Source: the human T2T-CHM13v2.0 reference genome, Homo sapiens
DNA: 64,000 nucleotides
Reading direction: 5' to 3' (one strand)
Assembly (NCBI RefSeq): GCF_009914755.1
Contig: NC_060945.1
Both the position numbers and the translations under genes were made by a program. The notes beneath the pieces were generated by a model. The model saw only the letters and a program-made list of their open reading frames with translations, had not been told where the DNA came from and ran no database searches. Of this stretch, positions 31,861 to 45,724 are shown in pieces; position 1 is the stretch's first letter, and each line of letters begins with the position of its first letter.

Positions 31861-34800
31861 TCTATAAATAGACATGCAACTCATGCTTTCCTATTTCTAT
31901 AACCAACACCGTTTGTTTAGTGTATTTATGAAAGATATGCTACCATGGTAGAAAGAAAAGTATTCAATGTGTAAATGGGGTAGTGTGGGTCACCATTCCG
32001 ATCTCTTTTTGTTTTCTGTCCTGTCTTTTCTTCATTGACTTTATTTGCGTGTTAATGTTGGACATCATTGTTCATGTAGGTAGCGTATGGTATGCACAAT
32101 GACAAACAATCGTTTTAGGTCCCAGGTCACCCACTCATAGTGTCCTATTATTGGAATTAATGTAGCATGAGAAAGCAATATGTGACTCTTTTTCCTCAAG
32201 TGACTCTGTTGAGCATCCTTGAGATGCTCCTGCCATGTAGCAAGTTCTGGATTAGTGTCCTTGTATTTACTGGTGTAATTTGTAATGTAACCAATTGTCC
32301 GTATGGAGGAGTCGGGCTGGCCCTCGGACCCAGCTGTGATTCATGAGTTGTGTCACAGGGATTGAGAAACATGGGTGATGCATGGAGTCTCAAACCATTG
32401 GGCCTCTCTGTTCCTTCACCTCTACCTTCTTGACCACCTGGGCTATATTTCATAGAAATTAAATGCTCCTTGCCAACAAGGAGTCTGTCTCCTAGCTCTT
32501 TGTTTTCTAAATATAGGAGTTCTCTAGGCCACTGCATCCCGGCATCCTGATCCCAGCCTTTTAGACACCCCTGCAAGCGTTCCTCTGCTCTGAGCCACAC
32601 TGCTAGCTTCTCCTGCACACTCTGATCTCCTTTAGCCCAAGAAGGGGCTGTGCTGGTCATAGGGTTATGCTGTAACCCTCAGTCTTCCCTGAGAACTGAA
32701 CTATCCTGGGACCTCTTGGGCTGAGCCTTCTTCACAGAGCAGTTCTCTAGAAGGCAGAGTCCACATCCTGGTCCCTCTGGGGCAGGGCCTGTCTGGCTGC
32801 TGGCATCACCCTGGCAGGTGGATGGACAGCATCATCTCCTGGAACCAGGTTTGCTGTGACCATGAGAGCCTGAAGATGTGGCTCATTCGGATCCAGGCCT
32901 GGACTAATCTGGAAAGAGGGACTTTCTAGGTGCAGGTCACCAGGGATGCTTGAGAAACTAGAGCCAGACTTCCTTGTTTGTTTGGATAATATGTCCCTGT
33001 CCTCTGATAGCAGAGGAAAGAGCTCTGCTCCCAAAGAACATTCATGTAAGAGGAGGCATTTTTTTCTTCTTTGCTTTTTTTAAACAACCTAAAGTATGAC
33101 CTAAGTGTATGAAACTAACTGATTTCTTTGGGTAGAGTAGCCCTGAATTTAACTGGGGAAAAAATCCCATCAGACTATGAGTAAATTGACCACCCACATT
33201 AAGTCTTATCTCGGTGACCTGGTACCAAAGCCCAGGTGTCCTCCAGGGGAGTATTCTGGGGTGGCAGGGGGATTAGGTGCTAGCGCCAGCAGGGAAGGAC
33301 ACTTGCAGGTCTGCCTTCCAAGGCTAAGCAGGCCGGCTGTCTCTCCAGGAACTGGCTAGGACAAGTGTAAAGCCACTGACCACACAGAACCAGGATGTTC
33401 TAGAATCTGATGGGGCTGAAGATGAAGGGAGAAATGGACAAGGCACTTCTGGCTTTATTGAAAAGGTGAAGCTCTTGGAGTATATTTTAGAGTAGGCCAG
33501 TACCTTGTATAAGCAGAAAAAGACTTCTCTATCTCCACTCCAAGTCGTTTTTTTCTAGTTGATTGGGCCTTTTTGATTGATAAGAAGAAAATGTGTTTTG
33601 TACGTGTAACAACTTTAAGAATTTCCATTGGAAACAAAGTATGATTTGATTTGATTTGATTTCTAAGTTCTCCCTTCCTTTTCAAGGTTAGCGATGTGCT
33701 TTATAGCAGACACTAGCACTTTTACATGAATACCTGGTGTGCTTTGGATGTAACAGGGTCATTTTGGGCTCGAGGTGAGTGTGCAATTAGCAGCGGGTCT
33801 GCTTGGTCCAGATATGCTTGTTTACAAGTTTAGAGCATCCTATGCCAGAAAGTGAGATGAAAACAAAGGCACCTGGATTGCTTTGTTTTGCTTTTAGATA
33901 AAAGAGCTTTAGCTCACACCAGGCAGAAGCATAACCAGTAGCCCCAGAAACCGGTAGCATGATGAAGCCCTCAGACAGTATAGTCTGAGCCACCATAAGA
34001 GGCATTAGGGAAAACTAACACCTCCTTCTTTTTGCACCGTGGGGTGCTGAAATTCCTGCTAGAGACTTCCCGTTACTTCCATGAATGGCCCAGGGGCTGC
34101 TTAGTATATCATTAGAATGTTCATTCTCCTCCTTTTCCCTGGAGTGGACCAGTGAGACCAAATGCTTGTGTTTCTCTATGTTTTCAGTTCATTTGTTCAA
34201 ATGACACAGAAGATGAATCCATTTCTGGGAAGGCTGAGCTCAGATGAGGATTGCTAGGCCAGCCTAGGTTCTGGGGCGGATCTCAGGGACAGAAACAGGC
34301 TTGTATTAAGTATGAGTGGCAGGTACTTCTCTAGAACAGCCCTAACCTGCACTAGTGAGGGGGGCTCAGGAATTCCCATGACATTGATCTAGCAGCCTCC
34401 TGCACGTAGACACTCAGTTCATTTTAGGGACGTTCAATGCTTGATCAAATGGGGGGCATTTTCTTTCTTTCTTTTTTTCCCCAGCTACAGTGTAATTGCC
34501 TACCTGCCTGGGCCCCTTCTAGAGGAAGGTGGGCTTTCCTTGTCCGTCAGGCTGCACTCATGAGGTGATATCGTAAAGCAGCAGAAAGACTGAGGGTGCA
34601 AAGAAACCACAGCTGCCATTCACGGGGCAGCTCCCTCTAGCTCTTCTGCCCAGTGACCTTACAGGCTTTAGAGGAGCCTGATGAGAGCTATCCTGGGGGC
34701 CAAGGGATGCATTCCCTGCAGCTTCCTCCTGGGGGACCCACAGGTCAGCCCATTCCAGGAGAAGCAGTCTTAGGCCCGTTTACATCCCCTGCCACTGCCA

Positions 34801-35009
34801 TGTGCCTGCCAGCCCGGTTTCTGATGAAGACGTGGCTCAGTCCCTGCTCTCCTTGTCGCAGTGGCTTGTACTTCATGTGCAGTAGCCCAGGGCCCGCCTT
34901 CTAGAGTGAATGTTTCCCTCGGGCCCTTGGATATTTTTATTCTATTTTGAATGGTTCCGATCAATTAATGTTGCTTTGTGTGGGGTTCTTCAGAGAAATA
35001 ATGCAAACC

Positions 35010-35362
<353 letters not shown>

Positions 35363-35821
35363 TCAACTTAATGGCGCCCCACAGCTTCCTCTGGATCCTG
35401 CTTCTTTGTACTTGGAACACAGTTTATTTGAGCTAGAGGAAAGGAAAGTTCTAGAATTCCTGTTTCCTCAGCCTGCACTGTATCAGATCCAGGATATGTC
35501 TGCATTTCATCAGGATCAAGTAAGATACATAACCTTATATCTGTAGGAGCCAGAAAAAAAATCTATTCCTGATAGGCATGGAAACTTAGTCCACATGAAA
35601 GACAGAAGACATCTAACAGCTGTCTGTCTTGGGAGCATTAAAACCCAGACACCAAGACACACTAGACAGTCCATCTCTGGGTTGTGATCTCTCAGAAACA
35701 TCTTAGTAGTTAATGCACTGTTCATTTAGGGAGTCCCCATCCTGGTCCAGGCCACCCTCCTAGAAGCTGGGCGGCAGCTGGACGGGCCTACCTTGGTGGC
35801 ATTCAAGCAAGCCTAATTGGA

Positions 35822-35874
35822 TTAGGTTGGTGCAAAAGTGATTGCGGTTTTTGCCATTGCTTTTGATGGCAAAC
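35822..35874. mobile_element. Truncated MADE1 (mariner MITE)
   Basis: ttaggttggtgcaaaagtgattgcggtttttgccattgcttttgatggcaaa; one full arm plus part of the second. Confidence 0.88.
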
Positions 35875-37097
35875 TAACTTTAAGTCATTAAAATAAGACC
35901 CAACGCTTATAAAAGAGTTCATATCCACCTCCCAATAACTTCTTTAGTTCCATGCAGCCTCAATCAGTTCCTCCATTCAAAGGAACCCTCTTTACCCTGG
36001 CCCTGGGGGAGCCATATTACACCCACATCATAATTTTTCTGACACTATGTGTGCTTGTCAAATTTCAGGGTCAGTTTCCCCTTATTGGATGTCAGGGGTG
36101 TTTTGTGAGTTGTGTTTTAATAGGATTCTGTTCGATTTTCTATACCAGCCTATATTGTTACTATCATCTGCCTAGTATGAATATTTTAGTATTCAAAGCC
36201 CACCAGATAAAGCTGTGTTCAGAAGTGGACTTTTTGGTCAGCCTTGAAAAAAAAAAAATCAGCATTTCTCTGATATTTCCTGAGGATTAACCAGAAACTA
36301 AGGTTTCTTTTTAGGCAGTGGTAAGAATGCGTATTTTCTTCTTCCAGAAGTTCTGGTTTTATACTTTTATCTTTTGAAAGAATAACATTCCTGTGCGACT
36401 CTGCTTCTCTTCGCTTTTGCATTTCTCTTTTTAAACTCAAATCTCTTATTTCCTGCCGTTCCTGTATCTAAACAGAATGGGGGCCTCAGGCAGACAGGAA
36501 CCAAAGAAAGGGTGTAGTGGCTTTGCAGCGTTGGGTGAGCAGCAGCCGCTGCCATTCTGTGCACTGTCACCGGCGGGGGTGGAGGGTCTCCCTGTAGGAG
36601 GAGGAAACTCGCTGTTTTCACTGGCAGATTTCAAGGTGCCGGCTCCACCTACCGCAGCTGCTAGGCATTGCTCTTGTGTAGATCGCAGAAGGAGTTATTG
36701 GTGATGTGGGGTGTAGGGGAAGACAGGAAAACGGACTCAGAGCTAGGAATGTGGGCCTGGCAGAGACCGAAGGCTGGGTGGGAAGGAAGCTCGCGGCGAG
36801 CCTAGGGTTCAAGCCTAGCGCGCCAGGGGTCTCCAGTGAGACCTTGCTCTTCCCTGCCGCTGAGGCTGGGGCTGCACGGAGGTCCTCAGGCTTCCCACCC
36901 TTTCTGCATCAGCTTTAGTGTCTGTCGGCTGGGTGGACTGCAGGGCAGGTGACCTGGAGGAGGCCCTGCTCCCCAGCAAGCGTTCTAGGAGTTACGGTGT
37001 GCTCTATTGGGATTGGATTACAGTCTCTACTTGTAGACTTTGACTTCTGGAATTTTAGGTGGAAGGGAATTTTTGTTGGTGGGACGCAGCAGCTCAG

Positions 37098-37444
37098 TGC
37101 GTGGTGTGTGCATGCGTGTTTGTGCGTGTGTGTGCGTGTGTGTGCATGTATGTGTTTGTGTGTGCACGTGTGCGTGTGTGTGCATGGGTTTGCGTGCATG
37201 CATGTGTGTGCGTGCGCGTGTTTGTGTGTGCATGTGTGTGCGTGTCTACGTGTGTGTGCACGCATGTGTGTGCGTGTATGTGTGCGTGTGTGCATGTTTG
37301 TGAGTGCATGTTTGTGCGTGTGTGCGTATTTGCGTGTGTGTGCGTGTGTGTATGTGCGTGTATGCATGTGCATGTTTGTGTGTGCGTGCATATGTGTATG
37401 TGTGTGCGCGTGCGTGTGCGTGCATGTGTGCGCATGCGTGTGTA
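37098..37444. repeat. Compound alternating purine-pyrimidine repeat (TG/CA/CG/TA)n, about 345 bp
   Basis: Direct inspection. Confidence 0.97.
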
Positions 37445-40400
37445 CCTACCCACACCTAGGGGGATGCATGGCTCTGTGCCTTGGAGAGGGAAACAGGAAA
37501 TACGTTGCTCCACAGTCCTGTCATCCTGGTCAGGACTACTCGCGTGGTTTGCGGACAGAGTGCAAAATGAAAATGCGAGGCCCCTTGTTCAGGTGATGAA
37601 GCATTTCTAGACAGTGAGAGGAGAGCATTAAGCCAAGCTCAGGTCCCTTCTGAGTGCATAGCCTCTTGTGGCTGCCAGGCAGCACACCCAGGAGGCCGGC
37701 CCTGACCACACTGTTCTCTGCTGGTTCCCGAAGCCGATGGGCTCTGTCTTAGGTCTTCTTACTTTGAAAGGTCTCCCGGCAGGCTGTGGCAAGCTGCGCG
37801 GATACACTTTTCTAAACGTCTGCATTTATTTCCTAAAAGCACAAATGGCCTGGACTAGCTAGTGGGTGTGGAACCGAGCCCCTAGTTCACAGCTGTACCC
37901 CAAGGCTGGAGAGGGGGTTGCCGGTGGTGGCAGGAGCTCTGGGCTCCCAGTTCAGGATGGGCCACAGGGCGTCAAGCAGCTGTGAGCCTTTACCATTGAG
38001 CTCACTGCTTGGAAATAAAACCCTTCCTCTGGGCCTTGGGCATCCACCGGGAGCTTTTCTCCCCTTTCCTGGGAGGACAGCAAGCCTTTTCCAACCTTCT
38101 GCCTTCAAAGAGAAGCAGGGTCATAGAAGTGCTCAGTGTCCCTTCCCCAGTGGCTGGACACTTGCTCCTCCAGCCTTCACCCCCTGGAGAGAAGGGGAGT
38201 CTGCGGAGCCAGTGCCTCCCTGCCCAGCTGGGCCACACGATCTGGTCTGCGGGTGTCTGGGAGGAACCTGCTTCGGAGAGGCTGCGACCTCCCAGCTAGA
38301 CTCTCCCCTTAGGATCCCATGTATGGGGATGGTAGGAGAGAAAAGATCCCTCTGTGTAAGTAGCCTCAAGTTCTAGAAGACCATGGCCCCGGGAGGCAGC
38401 TGACCATGAAGCTGGGCTTCCTGTTGTTGCTTTCTTTCACGAGCTTTTACTTTTCCTGGGCTGGACGCTCCAAAATGTTTGCAGTTCCATTTGCTTTTTG
38501 CAAGTAGGTCCCCATCTCCATATACATTGAGCAATAATCCTCACTATGTTTCCTGATTCTGTCTGGGATTATATTTGCTAAGTAAAAATGTTGACAGAAA
38601 TTGCAAACTCATCTCACCTGGATTTGATTGAGTCACCTTGAATGACATAACAAATTATGGCTTTGTTTTCATGCGTCATGCAATCTTCCGGACTACGGGA
38701 AGTTCTGCAAGTGTTCTCCAGGGGCATTTCATTAATAGCGTGTCAGCATTAGTTTTAATGAATGAACATTTGAGGTACATTCTATAAATCAATATCCTTA
38801 AAATGTCATCTGCTAAACATTCACTGTGACAGAAAGTAGATATTTTAGCAAGATCTATGTTAATGCTACTTAATTTTAGACATGCATTTAAAGCCTACAT
38901 GGCCAATAGCCCAAGTATCTTTGAACTGTGAAATCAACCTCAGATCTCATCTGCTGTAGCCCCGCAAGCCGGAGTCTGTGCCCTCCATGACCCTTCTTAT
39001 CCCTTGGTGGCCCTGCATAGATAGGGGAGTTGGCCCCTGCCCACCCCGTGTTGTATTGCCTTAGCTCCATCAGCTTTGTACCCTCACACGTATAGGTGGT
39101 GAACTTATGTGTAAATACATGTGTACAGATGAGAAACTGCAACAAAAATGTCCTGTGGATGATAACCAGCTCAGTTTCCGGTTTTCTACATTCTGTGCTG
39201 TTTCCAGCTAAGAAAAAGGCGAACTCCCACTATATAAAGGGAAAAGGTTGTATTCATTTCATGTTCCTCATGAAATCTCTGCTGTATGTTTATGGAATGG
39301 CCATGACTAAATGTATATATGGTATGTAAGAGGCCATGCTGTTAAATGTTGCATAAACTAACACAGATTCTGTAGTCAAAAATATTTAACTTGTTATTGT
39401 AAAATGTGATTTGTCATTGAGAGATTATTTTTCTGTATGTATATGAGAGTATTTTAGGAATCTAATTTAAGTGCATAAAACTATAGAAAAAAATTTAAAA
39501 CCTATTCCAAGAGTAGAAAATGCTTAATGAGATTACTTGGGTTCAACTCAACTAAATTTCTTATATTAAAAAAAAATTCCAAGTTGTATATGTTAGAAAT
39601 CAAATGAGTCATTTTTTTTCCTGCAGGAAATATGATAAATTTCAGTGTAATGGATGGTGGCGTGATCAAATGAAAAGTATCCTGTAGCTATGACCTCGCA
39701 TGGGACCTTGGTGTTGCATTAAAAATGGATTTTTGCAGATCACATATCTGAGAGGGTACTTGTGTCAGGAAGGATGAGAGGATAGGGAGCCTGTTTTTCA
39801 TCAGATCCATGTGCCACGCAGGCTTCCTTGGGTTCTAGTGGATTTGTTAGGGATCTGGGGCTGACGCAGCTATCCCACTAGAGAGGCCACTCTCTGACTT
39901 CCAGGTCGCCCTTTCTACTTCTGTATCTGGATTGATTCAGTTTATCCCTAATTAGCGTTTGCGTTTTCCATGAAATTTCCTGATGCATCCTCACTGTCTT
40001 CAACTGTTGCATAGCCAGGTGGGTGGATGGATGGTTTAGGGTTTCTGAGTTAAGCCGTTTTGGGGCAGGCTTCTGGATGCCCATGTTTCCATGGAGACCC
40101 CAGGGGGAAGATGCCTTCCTCCCGTCTGCATTCCCAGAAAAGGATCAGAAGTCCAGGCTGCTTCTGGGGCACAGACTTTCTGTACTTGGCCACCAGAAGT
40201 GCCCCTTAGGCCACCTAAGGAGGATTCTGTGAAACTCAATGTCTAAACCCCTGAGAAAGGCATTCAGAAATGATTTCAGGAGGGGGCAACCCCAGGAGTC
40301 CAGCCTCCCCTGGCAGCCTGGAAATACTGCAGTAACAAAAAGAGCTGGTTTCTGGTGATCTGAATGCATTGTGTTTGGGGGTGACACCGCTGGTGGAAGG

Positions 40401-41544
40401 TTGAGGGCCTGTGGTCTGAAAAGACATCTGAAGAATGTGTTAGGTTTTCAACATTTCTTTGAACAGGCTGCGTGCATCTTAATGCTGTCAACCAGCAACT
40501 GGAGCCCCTTTTTTGAGAGGCCCGAACCAGTAAAGCTGCTGACTTCAGGAGTATGGGAAGCTGTGATTTCTGGAAGCTTCCTGGAATCTATTTAGGTGCA
40601 TGAATAATCTGCAAATCACTTAGAGGCACTGTCCATGTGGTCCATAACTGGCTTTATTCCCAAAGATGGAGCTGTTCAGAGATTTCTTTGTTCAGGCGCA
40701 GCCTTGGAAGGCCACCTAAGGCCTGCCAGCAGAGGAGATGAGCTCTGGTCTACCAACCCCAAACAGGCCCTGACTCTCCTTCCTTAGAACGATGCCCTCT
40801 GGCTGGGGTGGCAAGAGGGCTGTGAGTGGAAACAAGTCAGCCAGTCAACTGTCCCTTGGGCCTTGGTTGTTTCAAAAAAGTCTGGGGACAAGAAAAGCTA
40901 GAACATGGGGCCCTCCCTTCCCAGGAGTGCTAGCGAACCCTCCCAGATAGCCTTTGCCTGTTTGGAAAAGAATGTAATCCATCAGAACGTGAGCTCCTTG
41001 TGCTTCCAGTGACAAGCGGGCCACAGTGCTGGTGGCATGTTGCTTCCCTCACAGCCCTGCCCAGGGGTAGGACCAGGCCCGCCCCTTGATGGATGTGCTG
41101 TTGATTGTAATATACTTCTGTTGCCAAATAATGGTACTGTTTAATTTTCCATAAAAGAGAGACTATATTGTCTGATATGTAATGTTAATGGAATTCTAAG
41201 AATTACTAGACACTATTATAAATTGTAGACTTACGTATTTGTCTAAAGGTTTGATGAAGCAGGGCCAAAACATTGTTTCTTCTTTTTTGTTTGAAAGAAG
41301 CTGAGGTTTGTTTTTGCTGTTTGAGTGTTCCTTTGGCAACTTATTATGTGTGAAATGTTAAATTTTACCGATTAAGATGATGGTAACTGAGACCTTTCTT
41401 TAAACCAGTAGCAACATCAGTACAAATTGCTCTTCCTGTGTATCTTGAACCTAAAAAGAACAATCTCTTCAAAAACAAAAACAAAAACAAAAAACAACTC
41501 TTTGGTCATTTTGACCTGTGTGGTTTAAATTCAAATAGTTCATG

Positions 41545-41550
41545 AATAAA
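41545..41550 (+). terminator. Distal poly(A) signal AATAAA for ITSN1
   Basis: catgAATAAAaggagaaaagcca followed by tctgttatagtggattattttgggttctttctg; a second AATAAA at 41701-41706. Confidence 0.75.
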
Positions 41551-42274
41551 AGGAGAAAAGCCAATCTGTTATAGTGGATTATTTTGGGTTCTTTCTGCTT
41601 CACTCTTTTCTGAGAGCACAGGAAGCTAACAGCCCTGCAAATGGTGTCTCTTCCTCTTCCCACAGATAAGATTGTAGCTGTGCAAGGAAAATTGTGCAGA
41701 AATAAACCTAGAAAACAAAACCAACCAACAACCCTTTCAGCTGTCCTGCGGCTTCAGATAAATGTTAGCTAACACCAAGCAGAAATAGATGTCTGTGTAC
41801 GAAGTCTTTGTGAGAACAGGAGAAGTTTTGTGTTGTACAGCATAAGAAATTCTGAGGGTGGGGTTGAGAGGGCGGTGCAAAAAGCTGATTTTCTTATAAA
41901 GACATTCAGAAGGGTCGCTGAATTTCCAGGAAGAAGTTTCTAACACACGTAACTCCACGTGTTCAGCACTTGGGTGATCTATAATTCTGCGTTCCATAAA
42001 ACCCAACGCTGAATTGTATTAGGTTGTTTCCTCCTGTTCTGGTTTTAAGGCCATTCCTACCTATTTCATCACTGATTTAACTGACTATAAATAAGTCCTT
42101 TAAATTCTCTAGCTGGCTTGGACACTAGTTGAATTGTGACATAGCACATTTTTAAAAAGTTGACCCTACAGCAGTATGTCTTTGCCTTTTTAAAACTAGT
42201 ATGCCCCATTTTTGAAGAACATAAAATCGTATGCCCTTTTCTTGGTTGTTATTTGAAGTTTTAAAAATAAGTTA

Positions 42275-42594
<320 letters not shown>

Positions 42595-43098
42595 TTAACT
42601 TTCCCAACTATACCTAGTTCTCTCCAAGTCTGATGAGGGCCCCCTCACACAGACCAGAGAGTGGATGGAATCACTAGTACAAAACATGTAATTATTACCT
42701 ATTTAACCACGGTTAGTAGCCAGCATAATCAAGGCAATACTTTTTATTCTCAAATATTTAGTTTTTCTTCTTGTTACAGAAGTAATACTTGTTAATGCAG
42801 AAAATTCAGCAAGGAAAGAAAAACACAAAGGAAATAAAATCACTTAATGGAGATGTTCTTCTACACAAAAATAAAGGTTTTGATGCACTTCATTTCTGTA
42901 TTTTTTGTGTGTGTGTGCATTTTAAATACTCTTGTACTATTTATTTATTTATGAGACGGAGTCTTGCTCTTGTCACCCTGGCTGCGCTCGGCCTCTTGTA
43001 CTATTTAATAGCTAATATGCATCGAAAATATCCCATATACAAGGGACTGTAAAACTTTCACCTTGATTTTAAAAAAATACTGTGAAGAAAATCATTGT

Positions 43099-43412
<314 letters not shown>

Positions 43413-43679
43413 CTAGGTTCTCTCTGGTGACCTCGTAAGGCGACATATGAAGGGCCTCATCATTCCCCAAGATTGTATGTGCTTGATCAACAGGAAGCTT
43501 GCTGAGTTTGACTCTGAAGGATCTGGGCAGCATTAGCAGCATGAGGCTCCCGCAAAGACGGTTTGTCCATTGGCAGTCACATGTCTGTAGGAGCTGTGAT
43601 TGTGTGTATGATGCCACCTTCTGCAGAGCAGGCCTCACTGCAGGCAGGAGGCAGGCAGTGAGTCTGGGGGAACCTGGAA

Positions 43680-44030
43680 TGTGGTCATGGTTAGGTTGCA
43701 GACTCAGCTGCGGAGACAGAACTCAATATCCCGTGGCTTTGAAGAGAGGTCTATTTCTTCATCGTGTTTAACAGCCCAGGGGCAGCAGTAAGGCTTGGCA
43801 GGGTGGCTCTGCCCTTGGCATCGCTTGCCATCTTGTCTGCATCTAGCTAGAGGGATGGACTAAGGATTGCTCAAGAGGGCAGTCCAGGAAGGCACACCTC
43901 GCTTCCTCCCCTTTCCCATTTGCCAGAACTCAGCACCAAGGTCAGGTGCTGCCAGAGGCTCAAGAATGTGGTCTCTAGCTGAGTAGCCCTAGGCCCACCT
44001 AAAAGGTGGCTGAATGGTCTTCGGGCCAGC
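43680..44030. mobile_element. Ancient MaLR/ERVL-like LTR remnant
   Basis: Degenerate motifs such as cccatttgccagaactcagcac..aagaatgtggtctctagctg; family uncertain. Confidence 0.35.
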
Positions 44031-44035
44031 CAGCA

Positions 44036-44143
44036 GCCTCAGCACTCCTGGTTCCTGGAAAGGTTGAGGGGCCTCAGCACTCCTGGTTCCTGGAAAGGTT
44101 GAGGGGCCTCAGCACTCCTGGTTCCTGGAAAGGTTGAGGGGCC
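44036..44143. repeat. Perfect 35-bp tandem repeat, 3.1 copies
   Basis: gcctcagcactcctggttcctggaaaggttgaggg starting at 44036, 44071 and 44106. Confidence 0.98.
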
Positions 44144-45174
44144 ACGTGGTGTCTCCGTTGGTTGTCACATTAGGTGATCATGTATTAAAAGCTTTGCCAG
44201 GAGGAAGCTGGAGTTGAAGCCAAGCATGAGTGTCAGGAGTGTTGTGCCACATGGAGGGCACGCCAGTCCCAGCACTAGCACATAGGGAGCAGCGCTGGGC
44301 CATGTCATTGCTCTGTAGGACTTCTTCGCTGCAATGGTCCTGCCTCTGCCCAACCAGGGGTGGTTCTGGGAAGGGAACTGGTTTGTTGGCCAAAAGTTCT
44401 TGGAGGTTGACTAAGGAACAGGCACCTGAGCGGGCTGTTGCGTGGGGAACTCTGTAACTATTTTCTCTAGAAGACCAAAAGGTAAAATGTAGTGGAAGAG
44501 CTGACCTGGGAACTGTTTTTGGTTAAAAGGTGAATTGGGAGCATCTTAGGGACAAAGCGGGAAGGGGCAGGGGACCTACCTAAGGTAACTTTTGCCCATT
44601 TGCTCCAGCAACGTGTCGGCGCATGGTGTTAGTTATACAATGGTAAAAACATGGGCTGTAGGGCCTGACACCAGCTGTCCAGACAGGTGACTCTGAGCAC
44701 ATCTCTAGGGCCCCTCAATCTCTTTCCTCATTTGTAAAGTGGGGTGATGTCTCTCCCACCCGTGTGACAAGGCTGTCATGCAGCTTCAGATGTACATGAA
44801 ATGGCCTTGAAAGCTACAGAGCAGCCTACAACTAGGTGTGTTCATGTTAGGATCAAGGGCAAGAGGCCTCCCTGGAGGGCTATGGATCAAACACAGATCC
44901 GATGATCTAGTAGGGACCAGGAACTCTGAACAAACCCTTAAAGACACGGGATTTTGGCAGGCAGGACCAGATAGACTTTGCTGAGTGACCATGTGTTAGG
45001 TGCTGTGTCTAACCAATTAATTCCTAAACATAATCTACTCAAACCAAATTCTCTAGGCCAAAAGGGCTTTTTGGCCTTTATACTCAGGGGATACCAAAAA
45101 AGGACATAAAAATAAAGCCTTCTACATTCCAGTTTAAAAGACAGTGAACATAATATGATCTGTTCTGGAAGCTT

Positions 45175-45180
45175 TTTATT
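45175..45180 (-). terminator. ATP5PO: ATP5PO poly(A) signal AATAAA
   Basis: tttatt on the plus strand, about 50 nt past the TAA stop. Confidence 0.9.
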
Positions 45181-45228
45181 GTTGCTCCAAGTTTAAGAAT
45201 TTTCACTGATGGCAGAAAACCAACACTT

Positions 45229-45342
45229 TTAGACAATCTCCCGCATAGCCCTGCCCAGCTTCTGAATCTTGGTCTTGACAGACATGTCAACATATTTCTC
45301 GCCAATGCGCACAATCATTCCACCCAAGATTGACGGATCAGT
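45229..45342 (-). CDS. ATP5PO: ATP synthase peripheral stalk subunit OSCP, exon 7 (stop)
   Basis: ttgtag|ACT...GTC TAA; [37 protein letters not shown] (delta/OSCP signature DPSILGG). Confidence 0.98.
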   Translation of the reverse strand, partial: TDPSILGGMIVRIGEKYVDMSVKTKIQKLGRAMREIV

Positions 45343-45637
45343 CTACAAAAGAAATAAGACTGGAAATGTGAAAACGCGCTAATCAAATGGGACACACAAA
45401 AAAGTGTTTTGAAAGGCTAAATGTGTTGCACAAATGTAAGAGGTTATAATTACACCTAGAAAAAGGCAAAAGTAAAACTGCACAGTCAGATAATCATTTA
45501 AATTTAAAATAAATACAAAATTTTAACTACAGAAAAATTAGTATAGAGTTAGATCTAATATTTCACTAGTACTTTCTGTAGCCATTTTAAGCTTAAAATA
45601 ACCCGAGGAAACGTACCATAAATAATTTAAAACCTAC

Positions 45638-45724
45638 CTTAGCCTCCAATTTCAATACTTGGCCTTGACTTAGGAAGCTCTTGAGGACAGTTTTTAATTC
45701 AGAGAGTGTGGCTTCTTCTAAAGG
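45638..45724 (-). CDS. ATP5PO: OSCP exon 6
   Basis: tttcag|CCT...AAG|gtaggt; PLEEATLSELKTVLKSFLSQGQVLKLEAK; 87 nt. Confidence 0.98.

Noticed and set aside
35822-35874. Possible miR-548 precursor
   Set aside because: The second MADE1 arm is truncated, so a pre-miRNA-length hairpin cannot form.
36915-37610. Cys/Val-rich and His/Thr-rich ORFs (up to 215 aa) that look metallothionein-like
   Set aside because: Translation artefact of the dinucleotide repeat.
44036-44143. CRISPR-like 35-bp repeats
   Set aside because: The units are directly adjacent with no unique spacers, there are no cas genes, and the DNA is human.
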